Positions 7,184 through 16,498 of a DNA stretch of 24,507 nt are shown here, piece after piece (position 1 is the first letter of the stretch; every line of letters starts with the position of its first letter). Source of the stretch: an uncultured Candidatus Saccharibacteria bacterium (GTDB taxonomy: Bacteria; Patescibacteriota; Andersenbacteria; UBA10190). The stretch lies in NCBI GenBank assembly GCA_964610675.1, contig CAZSWB010000001.1:1-24507 (forward strand), in the 5' to 3' direction. The notes under the pieces are model-generated. The model made no database searches. It was not told the origin of the DNA and worked only from the letters and a program-made list of their open reading frames with translations. Both the position numbers and the translations under genes were made by a program.

Positions 7184-7986
7184 GTGCGGAAGAAGCTATT
7201 TTTTATGGATGTTGGAAATACCATTATGGCGATCGGTTCAAGGAGGAATAAGTAGTTCCATACAGGAGCGTGATACATGCGGATATATTTGATTCTTGTG
7301 CGAATTCCTTGCCTCATTTGTTCTTTACTGTGTGTTGACGAAATAGTATCCGTGGTATTGCGAGAACATAAAACGCGAGGAATATTATACATCTTAGTGT
7401 GTGGGAGTAATCGGAACCATAGGTCGCGGTCTTGCCCATACGTAACGTTCGCGTCATAACCACCGACTTGCTCTACGATGTCCTTGCGGAATATAACACA
7501 GCTATGTCCGAATGGGTTTTGTCGAAATATAGTTTTCTTGATTCGATTGTCGGTTTCCGGGAGCCGAAATACTCTCTTTGAATTGCGGTACGTATTTTCA
7601 TACCAGCACCCGACAATCCCGTATTCAGGATGCAGGCGAAGGTATTCGACTTGCATTGCAAGTTTTCCAGCGGCCCACGTGTCATCAATATCGATACGCG
7701 CGATGAGGGGAAATGATGTTTCATTCAGTCCGATACCAAGCGATTTTGTAAGGCCAATATTTATCCGATTACGGATTATTTTCATTGGAATCTCACTTAT
7801 GCGTTGCCATTGCAGTAGCTCTTCGTACGTGGCATCCGTTGAACCGTCGTCGACGCACACGATTTCTGATGGTTTGTAAGTTTGAGCGGCAATACTCTGC
7901 ATGCATTTTTGAATATGCGCGTGTCCGTTATACACAGCAACGAGAACGGAAACCTCAGCCTTTATTTCGGAAGTACTTGAATCCAT
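7180..7986 (-). CDS. Glycosyltransferase family 2 (GT-A)
   Basis: VSVLVAVYNG, VDDGSTD, NIGLTKSL, ARIDIDD (DxD), GGYD and QDRDLWFR. Confidence 0.92.
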   Translation of the reverse strand: MDSSTSEIKAEVSVLVAVYNGHAHIQKCMQSIAAQTYKPSEIVCVDDGSTDATYEELLQWQRISEIPMKIIRNRINIGLTKSLGIGLNETSFPLIARIDIDDTWAAGKLAMQVEYLRLHPEYGIVGCWYENTYRNSKRVFRLPETDNRIKKTIFRQNPFGHSCVIFRKDIVEQVGGYDANVTYGQDRDLWFRLLPHTKMYNIPRVLCSRNTTDTISSTHSKEQMRQGIRTRIKYIRMYHAPVWNYLFLLEPIAIMVFPTSIKNSFFRT

Positions 7987-8927
7987 TTTTCAATGATATT
8001 GGAAATATGAAATTGGTGCGAACGCTCCCAATTTTTAGCGCCGAATTGCTTCCGCTTGAGTTGACTTTTGATCAATTGATCAATGTAATGAGTAAATTCG
8101 TCAGGATTAGTTGCAATCATATTATCATCTCCCAATATCTCTCCAAATGCCCCGTGTCTGTTCGCTACTATCGGGAGACCGCAGGCCAGTGCGTCTAGAA
8201 TAGCGTTTGGCATATTGTCCAGAACTGACCAGTATACAAATATATCTAATGATGCCAGCTTGCTCACAATATCCTTTTGGTGTCCATGAAATACTATTTT
8301 ATACTTAAAATCCTTCTTGTGCTTTTGAGTAAACTCTCGGATCTTTTCGAGATATGTTCCATCACCATAAATATGAAATTCCAAGGATTCTATTGAATCT
8401 AATTTTTGAATGGCATACATGATTGTAATACTTCCTTCGGCCTTTTGTAGAAAGTCAAAACTCATGCTTGTGCCGATTTTAAGCGGATGGATCGATTCCC
8501 GAACTGGAGTATAATTCGGCAATTTCTCTATCGCATTTGGTATTACATGTGCGCATGTGAGCTTAAGCTGTATTTTTAAAAAATCTGAAGGAACTACAAT
8601 ATGTTTTGAACAGTAAATGCCGTATGGATACAGAAGTGCTAGGGGATTGCGCAATGAGAATTCTTCTCGGTAATCGCCACGAACATTGAGAATAAAGCGG
8701 TCCCTGTTGGGAATCCATAAGAATGGAATACCTGAAACAATGATATCCGTCCTGTTAAAATGAAGTCGTATCCAATGAAACAAACCACTTACGTGATATG
8801 TCGTGTACCCGTGCTCATGCAGTGTCTTTGCAAGTAGCGCATGTTGTTTATACGGCCCTCCTGATCGGGGAGAGAGGAAATACACTACTCTGTTCGTATC
8901 CCGGCTTTGTCCAGATGTACTTTCCAT
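7962..8927 (-). CDS. Glycosyltransferase family 4 with non-canonical D-X7-D motif
   Basis: RSGGP, VVPSDFLK, VIPNAI, IYGDG, LDNMPNAILDALACGLPIV. Confidence 0.85.
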   Translation of the reverse strand: MESTSGQSRDTNRVVYFLSPRSGGPYKQHALLAKTLHEHGYTTYHVSGLFHWIRLHFNRTDIIVSGIPFLWIPNRDRFILNVRGDYREEFSLRNPLALLYPYGIYCSKHIVVPSDFLKIQLKLTCAHVIPNAIEKLPNYTPVRESIHPLKIGTSMSFDFLQKAEGSITIMYAIQKLDSIESLEFHIYGDGTYLEKIREFTQKHKKDFKYKIVFHGHQKDIVSKLASLDIFVYWSVLDNMPNAILDALACGLPIVANRHGAFGEILGDDNMIATNPDEFTHYIDQLIKSQLKRKQFGAKNWERSHQFHISNIIEKWIQVLPK

Positions 8928-11131
8928 ATGAATACGTTTTCATTATCGGAATAGACTTTTTCAAAAATCTCGGGATTTTTATCAATCCCAGGGAATTCAC
9001 TCTCTTGACGGTCACCAGTAAAGCTGGACTTATATGGTCGAGATATGTAGGGATTGCGAGGATGCGTGTGTGCATAATACAGGTAGATTGGAGTCGAGGC
9101 ATATTCTTTTGGAATTTTCTGCTCTTTAATGGCAATGTCCGTATCATTTTTGGAAGGTGCTATTGAGGTTGAACACTCAAGAGCAACTTTTTGTTGGATG
9201 TAAGAAAGGTAACCGGGGTCGCATATACTCACGTTATCGTAGCTGGTATTTGATGACGCAGCATTGTCGGAGGTGCTTTTTTCAGTTCCCTCCGTTGCTT
9301 TTGCAGATATATTTAAAGAATTTACAGGTTTATCTGGATTTAGTTGGAAATTCAGCAGCGTGACTAGATGCTTTACAATTAGATTGCTATCTGCGGTTGC
9401 AAAGTACTCTGGTTCAATATGTATTCTATTGGATTGCGTGTGAAAACGCAGCAGGTTTTTTGATGATGCTGAAAAAATAATGCGATTCTTCGGCAAGTTA
9501 TTGATAATCCATTGTGCTGCCTGCTCTTCATATTCAGGAGTGGTAAATCGTCCCAAGTATGATACATATCCCGCCCCGAAAATGTTAATCGCAATCGATG
9601 CTGCAAGGACGATCATGATACCTCTTCTAAAATATGGAAATGCAAATTGATCAATATATTTGAGAAGTCCGAGAAGGGGGAATAGGAGGATAACGCCCAA
9701 AATCTGCCATGCCCGGTCAGGGAGATATGCTACGTTGCTCGTTCGCGGTGCAACCTCCGCAATAATAAAAAAGAAAACGATCAGCAGGAGCGGAATAATT
9801 GATCCAATGGTACGAATATTTTTTGTGATAAATGCTCGAAACTTACTGCTCGCAAGAACACCGACGATGTATGCCAGTATAATTGCAAGTGATAATGCGC
9901 CAGCATAGAATGCGTAATATTTCATTACTCCGGTTGCACCTGCCCATCCCACCGGATTTTGGTCAATATTTACATACTGTGCCGGAAACTGCCAATTTTG
10001 ATTTCCTTGTATGAATCGAGCAATCAGCTTATTTCCCAAAAATCTGATGCTTTCAACTATCCTACCGAGGCCGAGTTTTTCAACCCATGGAATAAGCAGG
10101 AAGAGAAAGATGAGTCCTTGGATTTTGTGATTCCACAGTATTTTCCGATACAGTATACCCATACACAGTATCCACGGTATGACTACCATCAGAAAAAGCG
10201 GATGGTAGAGGCTTCCTACTAGCGCGCTTATTCCAATTGCATACATGATCAGTCTGTCTTTTGTTGCGGCGTATGCCGCGCACAACCCCACTACGAAATA
10301 CATATATAGTAATGCCATCAGTTGCTGACGCACTATTTCGAACTCAAATATGATTACCGGTGAAGTAAGCGCTGCTCCAAGGAAAATATATAGCAACGGT
10401 CTTCGTAGAGTTCTTCCCGCAAGATAGAGTGGAGGTATGGTAAGTAATGAGAGAAACGGAAAGACATACTTGGAAATTGCATAAAAACTTGCTGATGACA
10501 GGTAGTGAAAAGCTGTAATAAAAACGGTATAAAGTGTTCTATCGCCATCATCAATTACGTACAAATTTCTTGCGGAAATGACCTCTTCGAATTTGATGAG
10601 CCAAGAGTAGGGATCAAGAACAGCTAAAAAGGGATATCTTGTAACGTTAAAAATATGTACTGCAAATACGAGCAGTAACCCCACGGTTACCGGATGGAGA
10701 AGAATGGTGCGATAAGGAAATGCGAGTGGTAATTCTTGAGTGGGGACATCCACAATTATTCGAGAAAAATATTGAACAGCTTTTTTCCAAAGGAGTGGAA
10801 TCAACGTAATGCTTACGTAGAAAAAAAGAGGTATCCATTGGTTGATATATCCAAATACCGTATAAACTCCCAACAGGATTGCCGGTACGAAAAATAACGA
10901 AGCGAGAATACTAAGAGCAATATAGAGGGGGATACTTAACGTCCTTTTTTGCAGCTTTTGTACCAGGTACATAATGTTTGCACCCGAAAGAAAGAACATA
11001 TGAATACTCGTAATAATCGTGCCAAGTAGCACAATTGCGATGTGGCTCGATCTAAGTCCTATGAGAAAAATTATTACAAGGAGAATGCTAGCGTAAGCAT
11101 TGGTTTTTATGAGCTGTTTTTCAAGTGTCAT
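8885..11131 (-). CDS. Large polytopic membrane protein (748 aa), putative GT-C-fold glycosyltransferase with a soluble C-terminal domain
   Basis: About 13 or more hydrophobic segments, an acidic loop motif LDPYSW, and a C-terminal domain starting EEQAAQWIINNLP. No WWDYG motif. Confidence 0.55.
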   Translation of the reverse strand: MTLEKQLIKTNAYASILLVIIFLIGLRSSHIAIVLLGTIITSIHMFFLSGANIMYLVQKLQKRTLSIPLYIALSILASLFFVPAILLGVYTVFGYINQWIPLFFYVSITLIPLLWKKAVQYFSRIIVDVPTQELPLAFPYRTILLHPVTVGLLLVFAVHIFNVTRYPFLAVLDPYSWLIKFEEVISARNLYVIDDGDRTLYTVFITAFHYLSSASFYAISKYVFPFLSLLTIPPLYLAGRTLRRPLLYIFLGAALTSPVIIFEFEIVRQQLMALLYMYFVVGLCAAYAATKDRLIMYAIGISALVGSLYHPLFLMVVIPWILCMGILYRKILWNHKIQGLIFLFLLIPWVEKLGLGRIVESIRFLGNKLIARFIQGNQNWQFPAQYVNIDQNPVGWAGATGVMKYYAFYAGALSLAIILAYIVGVLASSKFRAFITKNIRTIGSIIPLLLIVFFFIIAEVAPRTSNVAYLPDRAWQILGVILLFPLLGLLKYIDQFAFPYFRRGIMIVLAASIAINIFGAGYVSYLGRFTTPEYEEQAAQWIINNLPKNRIIFSASSKNLLRFHTQSNRIHIEPEYFATADSNLIVKHLVTLLNFQLNPDKPVNSLNISAKATEGTEKSTSDNAASSNTSYDNVSICDPGYLSYIQQKVALECSTSIAPSKNDTDIAIKEQKIPKEYASTPIYLYYAHTHPRNPYISRPYKSSFTGDRQESEFPGIDKNPEIFEKVYSDNENVFIWKVHLDKAGIRTE

Positions 11132-12273
11132 GTGATTGAATGGAGGTGATGTAAATAGTTCTGAATTGCACTATCCCAATTAAACTTGTCTCGTACCGAA
11201 TTCTGAGCGTTCCTGCCCAACCGTGCTCGCATATCCGGATCCTCTAAGAGAGTGTGTATGTTTTTGACCAAAGAATCAATGGAATGAGGCGGGTATAGGA
11301 GGGCACTGGTCTTGTGCTGAACGATTTCAGATGTTCCTCCCACGTTGGTTGCGATAATGGCAGTTCCGCAGGCGGCTGCCTCAAGCACCACCGTCGGAAG
11401 ACCCTCAGTGTAGCTTGGGTTCACCACAATGTCTGAAACCTTAAAGACACGTAATACTTCACGTGGCGGCAGCTCATGTAAGAATTCAACGCTTTCTCCT
11501 ATATCCAGCCTTCTCACTTCCTTCAGAAGCGCATCTTTTTGATTGCCGTTCCCTATCAATAAAAGCACTGCAGGAGTTTTTCGAGCAACTTGAGCGAATG
11601 CTTGGAGGAGATCGGATATTCCTTTACTTGCAATAAATCTACCTGCATAGGTAATAATCGGCTTTTTGCCATACTTATGCTTAAGCTCAAGACGTGGTTG
11701 AGCAGTCTGCAATATGGCGTAGTCGAACCCTCTGTATATAACCGGAACATTTCTTTCATCAAATGTTAATACGAATTCTTTCGCAGATATAGAAGGTGCG
11801 ACGGTAAGGGATGTGCGAGCGAAAAGAAAGGGGCTTAAGAACTTGTCATATACGTATCCCACCATTCGAATGATGAGGTTGGAGGAAATTACAAATCCGC
11901 TTCCATGCTCGATGTGCAGCCAGGGGATGCGGCGCGCACGCGAAATGCAGTACGCCAGTGGGGTGGTAAAAAAGAATCTTGTTACGGATATCACAACATC
12001 GAATCGTTCTTGTCGAGCTTGGAGAATGAGTTTCCAAAAAACAAAAGAGAAAATATTCGGCAGCGGATAGTTGTATACGATTTCCCATGCCGGAAAGCGA
12101 TAAACAGTCACGGAGTCATGCATTTCGATGTATTTTGTTGTACGAGGTAGTGCGCTCGTAAAAATAGTAATAGTGTTACCTTCCTTGCCAAGCCTATTGA
12201 GAAGCTCTTCACTGTATTTTTCCAAACCTCCGATGTGAGGGGGGTAGTAGGGGTTAAGAGCGAGAATTTTCAT
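11128..12273 (-). CDS. Glycosyltransferase family 4
   Basis: YYPPHIGGLE, YAGRFIASKG, SYTEGLPTVVLEAAACG, TNVGGTSE. Confidence 0.93.
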   Translation of the reverse strand: MKILALNPYYPPHIGGLEKYSEELLNRLGKEGNTITIFTSALPRTTKYIEMHDSVTVYRFPAWEIVYNYPLPNIFSFVFWKLILQARQERFDVVISVTRFFFTTPLAYCISRARRIPWLHIEHGSGFVISSNLIIRMVGYVYDKFLSPFLFARTSLTVAPSISAKEFVLTFDERNVPVIYRGFDYAILQTAQPRLELKHKYGKKPIITYAGRFIASKGISDLLQAFAQVARKTPAVLLLIGNGNQKDALLKEVRRLDIGESVEFLHELPPREVLRVFKVSDIVVNPSYTEGLPTVVLEAAACGTAIIATNVGGTSEIVQHKTSALLYPPHSIDSLVKNIHTLLEDPDMRARLGRNAQNSVRDKFNWDSAIQNYLHHLHSIT

Positions 12274-12625
12274 GATTATCTTGCGAGCTGTTGATTGCTT
12301 CCTTTCGTGTCAATGTTGATATATCTTGCTCTATTCTTTCAATAACAGAGAGGATCTTAAAAATAATCAAGAAAACAAGCAAAAACCCGATGAGTATTAC
12401 GGCGTTAATGTTTCCCTCAAGGCCGATGAGCTTTGCGAGGAGATTCGTGAAGCCGGGAAACAGTGCTACCGCTGCCATACCACCCCAAACAAGGAGGCGT
12501 ACGGAAAGCTTGAGAAATGACTGACCCGTACCGCGTCGGAGGAATTTCTGTACGCCATCGTACATCATAAACATGGCAATTCCGGTTACAACGATTTGAT
12601 AGAAGCGCAGGTGAATATCGAACAT
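12254..12625 (-). CDS. DUF2304-like small membrane protein
   Basis: 123 aa with three hydrophobic helices, LLVWGG...FPG...LA..IG, and the charged tail IERIEQDISTLTRKEAI. It lies directly downstream of a DPM1-like GT2, the usual DUF2304 context. Confidence 0.8.
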   Translation of the reverse strand: MFDIHLRFYQIVVTGIAMFMMYDGVQKFLRRGTGQSFLKLSVRLLVWGGMAAVALFPGFTNLLAKLIGLEGNINAVILIGFLLVFLIIFKILSVIERIEQDISTLTRKEAINSSQDNHENSRS

Positions 12626-12631
12626 ACGCTC

Positions 12632-13309
12632 CTACGATAACGCATTCCAGATCATCTTGTAAACGGTACGGATACCGTTCGAAATGTCCTGTTTATGAGT
12701 CTTGCTGGTAGAGTAATCCGTGTACAGCGTTGTGATTGGCACCTCCGCGTATGAAAGCTTATGCTTTGCAATCAGACGGATTACTTCACTTTCGTATTCA
12801 TAAGAGTCAGTCTTTGTATCTAGTAGAATGCAAGCTCTTCGAGAGTATGCTCGAAAACCAGACTGGCTGTCATGTACGTTGATTCCAGAATAAAGCTTTG
12901 TAATTCCGTTTGCAATTTTATTATGAAGCACTTTATGCGCCGGCATTGTTTTTGTTGCAATATGTCTGCTCCCGAGAATCACCTCAAATTTATTACTCAA
13001 GAGAGGCTGGATGAGCTGATTGATCTCGCTCGGGTCATGCTGCCCATCTCCGTCCATCGTTACTACAAAGTCCGCACCAAGTGAGAGCGCCGCTTCAATT
13101 CCTGTCCGAGTTGCGCCGCCTTTACCCCGATTTATTTTATGACGAAATACGAGTGCACCGTGGTTGGTTGCTATATCAGTTGTATTATCATGAGATCCGT
13201 CGTCCACTACAATAACGGAGGAGAAACCCGCTTTGAGCACATTGTCAATGACGTGCCCGATTACCCTCGCTTCGTTAAATGCCGGAATCACTATATATAC
13301 ACCCTTCAT
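12632..13309 (-). CDS. DPM1-like GT2, putative polyprenol-phosphate glycosyltransferase
   Basis: Start reassigned from 13360 to ATG 13309 (MKGVYIVIPAFNE). Motifs VDDGSHD, NRGKGGA, TMDGDGQHDP, GSR and DSQSGFRAYS. Confidence 0.9.
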   Translation of the reverse strand: MKGVYIVIPAFNEARVIGHVIDNVLKAGFSSVIVVDDGSHDNTTDIATNHGALVFRHKINRGKGGATRTGIEAALSLGADFVVTMDGDGQHDPSEINQLIQPLLSNKFEVILGSRHIATKTMPAHKVLHNKIANGITKLYSGINVHDSQSGFRAYSRRACILLDTKTDSYEYESEVIRLIAKHKLSYAEVPITTLYTDYSTSKTHKQDISNGIRTVYKMIWNALS

Positions 13310-13331
13310 GCAATGGAATATACTATAAACC
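13310..13331. promoter_or_regulatory. Putative bidirectional promoter with overlapping -10 hexamers
   Basis: 22-bp gap between divergent starts. TATACT at 13319-13324 (+) lies 7 nt before ATG 13332; TATATT at 13322-13317 (-) lies 7 nt before ATG 13309. Confidence 0.6.
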
Positions 13332-15344
13332 ATGAAACGGGTATATAGGGAGCATATCATTGCGCTTCTGGCTTTTGTTTTACTTACTGTAGTTATGACT
13401 TTTCCGGTTGCTTTCCGGATGCAAGAAGATATTGCGGGTTCGGGTGGAGATCCATGGCAGTCGATGTGGCGTTTTGAAGAAAAAGCAGAATCCGGCTTCA
13501 GCGGGTTTGTAACTGACGTGCTCGGCAGAGGAGAGCCGCGGCTTGCAAACCTATCCGTGTGGCCTTGGATGCCGCTTCATCTTCTTTTCGGCCAGCCGTT
13601 CACGTATAACTTGGTGTGGCTCCTACATTTTATTCTTGCGGGATACGCAATGGCATTGCTGGTGAAGATTCTTACGGTTGGCAAAAGTATTTTAGAACCT
13701 GCTCCGCTCTTGGCGGGCCTTATGTATATGCTCATTCCATATCATGTTGCTCACAGCTTGGGTCATTTTGGAGCCATGCAATTGCAATGGATTCCTTTTA
13801 TCGCGATTGCAGCTCTATCGTTGTTCCGATCCCCCAGTATTTGGCGTGCCAGTGTTCTCGGCATATTGCTTTCCATTCAGGCGTGGACGGAGCACCACTA
13901 CATAGTGTGGATTGCGCTCTTTGGTCTTATCGCCGGATTTGTGTATAGGAATGAAGTGAAACAAAAACTGAGTTTGCTCGTTCCTTCCCTCGGTATCTTG
14001 TCGCTCATCCTTATAATCGGAATTCTCTTTCCCTTTATCCCCACAATTCGCCTTGCGGCGACGCAAAGCAGCGCGTTGGAACTGGGAATGACGCAGACGA
14101 TTCGGTTCTCCGCGGATCTTTTCTCTTTCATTACTCCGCCATCCACTCATCCGATTTGGGGTGACGCATCAGATTCGCTTTTTGGAAAATACTTTACGGG
14201 AAACAAATCGGAAAGCGTGCAGTATCTTGGAATCAGCGTTGTAATCGCCATCTTGTTTTTTCATCGCCATATTCCGCAAAAACAAAAAAGGCTTTGGTTT
14301 GCAACCATACTCTTTTTTGGAATCATGAGCTTGGGACCCGTGTTGCATGTGTTTGGAAGGGAAACGGACATCCCTTTGCCGTACGCGATCGTCGCGAACG
14401 CTCCGGTGTTCTCGGCAATTCGCGTGATTGCGCGTGCGGGAGTAATGGTGAGCTTCGCGGCAGCCGTGTTGTTCGGCTGGGTGATCGCCACCAACCCGCC
14501 GGATCGTCGTGCTACTTTTCGTTTCGTGCCGTATCTCATTGGCGGCATCATTCTGTTGGAGTTTATGTTCTTTGTGTTTCCGATGCAATCCGCAAAACTC
14601 TCACCGATCTATGCCGCAATAGAAGGTATCCCCGGTTCTCACATTCTCGAGCTGCCAGCGGCTACGAACTACACTGCCGCGTCGCGTTCCTTGTATGCGA
14701 GCAGGATTCATGGGAAAGAAGTGCTGGGCAATATTGCGCTCGAGAGAGGACAGAGCGCAGAAGCGTATGACATCGTACGATCCTTTCCCGCACTTCGACA
14801 GCTTCTTTTTCTTCGAACGACGGACTTGAGTGAAATGCGTACGGAGTTTTTTTCACAAGATTTGATAGAAACGTTGCCTGACGTGATGAAATACCTTAAC
14901 ACCTATGCGATTATCATTCACACCGATTCATTGTCGGATGTTCAAAATACGGCCGTGCGTGAGTTCCTGGAGAGAGATACAGGATTTGTAAGTACGTCGT
15001 ATGAGGATGCCGTGCTGGTTACGTTGGACCCACAGAATACGTCGCGTACCGATGGCGTGTTTCTTGTTCGCAAAAATGGATGGGAACATGTGTGTCGCGA
15101 TAAACAGGTAAACAGCGTGTTTGCGGAAGTCTCATCGCATGCGAGCGTTTCGGTTATAAACACGAATTCGTATCCGGTCGCAATCGAGCTTCAGTACGAA
15201 TTAACTCCGGAGTCACAAGGAGAGCTGTTGGCGGAAACACGCGTTGTGGTTCAACCGGGGGAGCATGAAGTTGTGTTCACTCATACCGGAGAAGGAACAT
15301 CGATCATCAAAAACCCTGAAATGCACGTTACCCCGGTTCTATGA
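13332..15344 (+). CDS. Polytopic membrane protein (670 aa), YfhO-like putative GT-C glycosyltransferase
   Basis: GGDPWQSMW acidic loop, IPYHVAHSLGHFGAMQLQWIPF, FSADLFSF and IRVIAR, about 12 hydrophobic segments, then a soluble C-terminal domain. Confidence 0.6.
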   Translation: MKRVYREHIIALLAFVLLTVVMTFPVAFRMQEDIAGSGGDPWQSMWRFEEKAESGFSGFVTDVLGRGEPRLANLSVWPWMPLHLLFGQPFTYNLVWLLHFILAGYAMALLVKILTVGKSILEPAPLLAGLMYMLIPYHVAHSLGHFGAMQLQWIPFIAIAALSLFRSPSIWRASVLGILLSIQAWTEHHYIVWIALFGLIAGFVYRNEVKQKLSLLVPSLGILSLILIIGILFPFIPTIRLAATQSSALELGMTQTIRFSADLFSFITPPSTHPIWGDASDSLFGKYFTGNKSESVQYLGISVVIAILFFHRHIPQKQKRLWFATILFFGIMSLGPVLHVFGRETDIPLPYAIVANAPVFSAIRVIARAGVMVSFAAAVLFGWVIATNPPDRRATFRFVPYLIGGIILLEFMFFVFPMQSAKLSPIYAAIEGIPGSHILELPAATNYTAASRSLYASRIHGKEVLGNIALERGQSAEAYDIVRSFPALRQLLFLRTTDLSEMRTEFFSQDLIETLPDVMKYLNTYAIIIHTDSLSDVQNTAVREFLERDTGFVSTSYEDAVLVTLDPQNTSRTDGVFLVRKNGWEHVCRDKQVNSVFAEVSSHASVSVINTNSYPVAIELQYELTPESQGELLAETRVVVQPGEHEVVFTHTGEGTSIIKNPEMHVTPVL

Positions 15345-16498
15345 ATATCCTCATTATAAACTTTGAGTATCCTCCATTGGGAGGCGGAGGCGGGGTTGCA
15401 ACGAAAGATATGGCCGAAGAGTTGGCCAAACGGCACGACGTATTCGTCCTTACTACCGCGTTTCAAGGGTCGGTTCTTGAAGAAAGGGTGAACGGCGTTA
15501 TGATTCATCGCGTTCGCGTATTGAGAAGAACGTCGCTTCCAACATCGACGATTCTTTCTCTTGTTACGTTTGCCCCCGCAGCATTGTTTGCGGGCGTTCG
15601 AATTCTGCGAAAAATACCCTTTGATGTTATCTACACACAATTCGTTATCCCGTCCGGACTTCCCGCGATGCTGCTTTCAAGGCTCTTTCACATTCCGTTT
15701 GTCCTTACCTTTATCGGAGGAGATGTGTACGATCCTTCCAAAAAGATTTCGCCCCATCGATTTATGTTCCTTCGCATACTTGTTCGATGGATATCTCGTG
15801 CCGCAAGTGCACGCACCGCAATATCACACGATACAAAGCAGCGTACCATTGAACTGCACGGAGTGCAGGATGACATATTGGTGATTCCTATCGGTCTAAA
15901 AATGTACAAGGAGCAAATCGCAAGCAAGCAGGAATTTGGCTACTTAGAAAATGACATCGTATGTGTTTCCATCGGAAGACTTGTCGAACGTAAGGGGTAT
16001 GACGTGTTGCTTGCGGCATGGAAAGAGATCCCGGCTGCTAAGCTAGGCATAATAGGGGACGGGCCGCTCAAGGCGGAGCTTTCTCGCACCATACACGAGT
16101 ACGAACTTACCGATCGCGTTCGCCTGTTTGGGAAAGTGAGTGAAGAGGAGAAGATGCGATTACTTGCTCTTGCGGATATATATGTTTCGGCCGCGCAGCA
16201 TGAAGGATTCGGAATCGTATTTTTGGAAGCGATGCAAGCGGGGTTGCCCATTGTTGCGACAAATGACGGTGGCCAAACGGATTTTCTAAAGGAAGGGGAA
16301 CATGCGCTTCTGACCGAGCCAAACGATAGTCACGCCATTGCCCGTGCGGTCGGAAGATTAATCGAGAATAATGAGATGCGTGAGCGCATGAGCCGTACAA
16401 ACAAAGAAGCAGTGCGTGAGTACTATCTAGAACATACGGTGCAACGGATTGAACGCATTTTACTTGATCATCGAAAACAATATGAACATCGCGATTGA
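15341..16498 (+). CDS. Glycosyltransferase family 4
   Basis: EYPPLGGGGG, SIGRLVERKG, HEGFGIVFLEAMQAGLPIV. Confidence 0.93.
   Translation: MNILIINFEYPPLGGGGGVATKDMAEELAKRHDVFVLTTAFQGSVLEERVNGVMIHRVRVLRRTSLPTSTILSLVTFAPAALFAGVRILRKIPFDVIYTQFVIPSGLPAMLLSRLFHIPFVLTFIGGDVYDPSKKISPHRFMFLRILVRWISRAASARTAISHDTKQRTIELHGVQDDILVIPIGLKMYKEQIASKQEFGYLENDIVCVSIGRLVERKGYDVLLAAWKEIPAAKLGIIGDGPLKAELSRTIHEYELTDRVRLFGKVSEEEKMRLLALADIYVSAAQHEGFGIVFLEAMQAGLPIVATNDGGQTDFLKEGEHALLTEPNDSHAIARAVGRLIENNEMRERMSRTNKEAVREYYLEHTVQRIERILLDHRKQYEHRD

Noticed and set aside
8885-11131. 748-aa protein as an STT3/AglB/PglB oligosaccharyltransferase
   Set aside because: It has a similar A..W...N.P segment, but the essential WWDxG motif is absent.
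13310-13360. Longer ORF-track start (13360) for the DPM1-like GT2
   Set aside because: It would overlap the divergent gene. The GT2 fold begins at MKGVYIVIP (13309).
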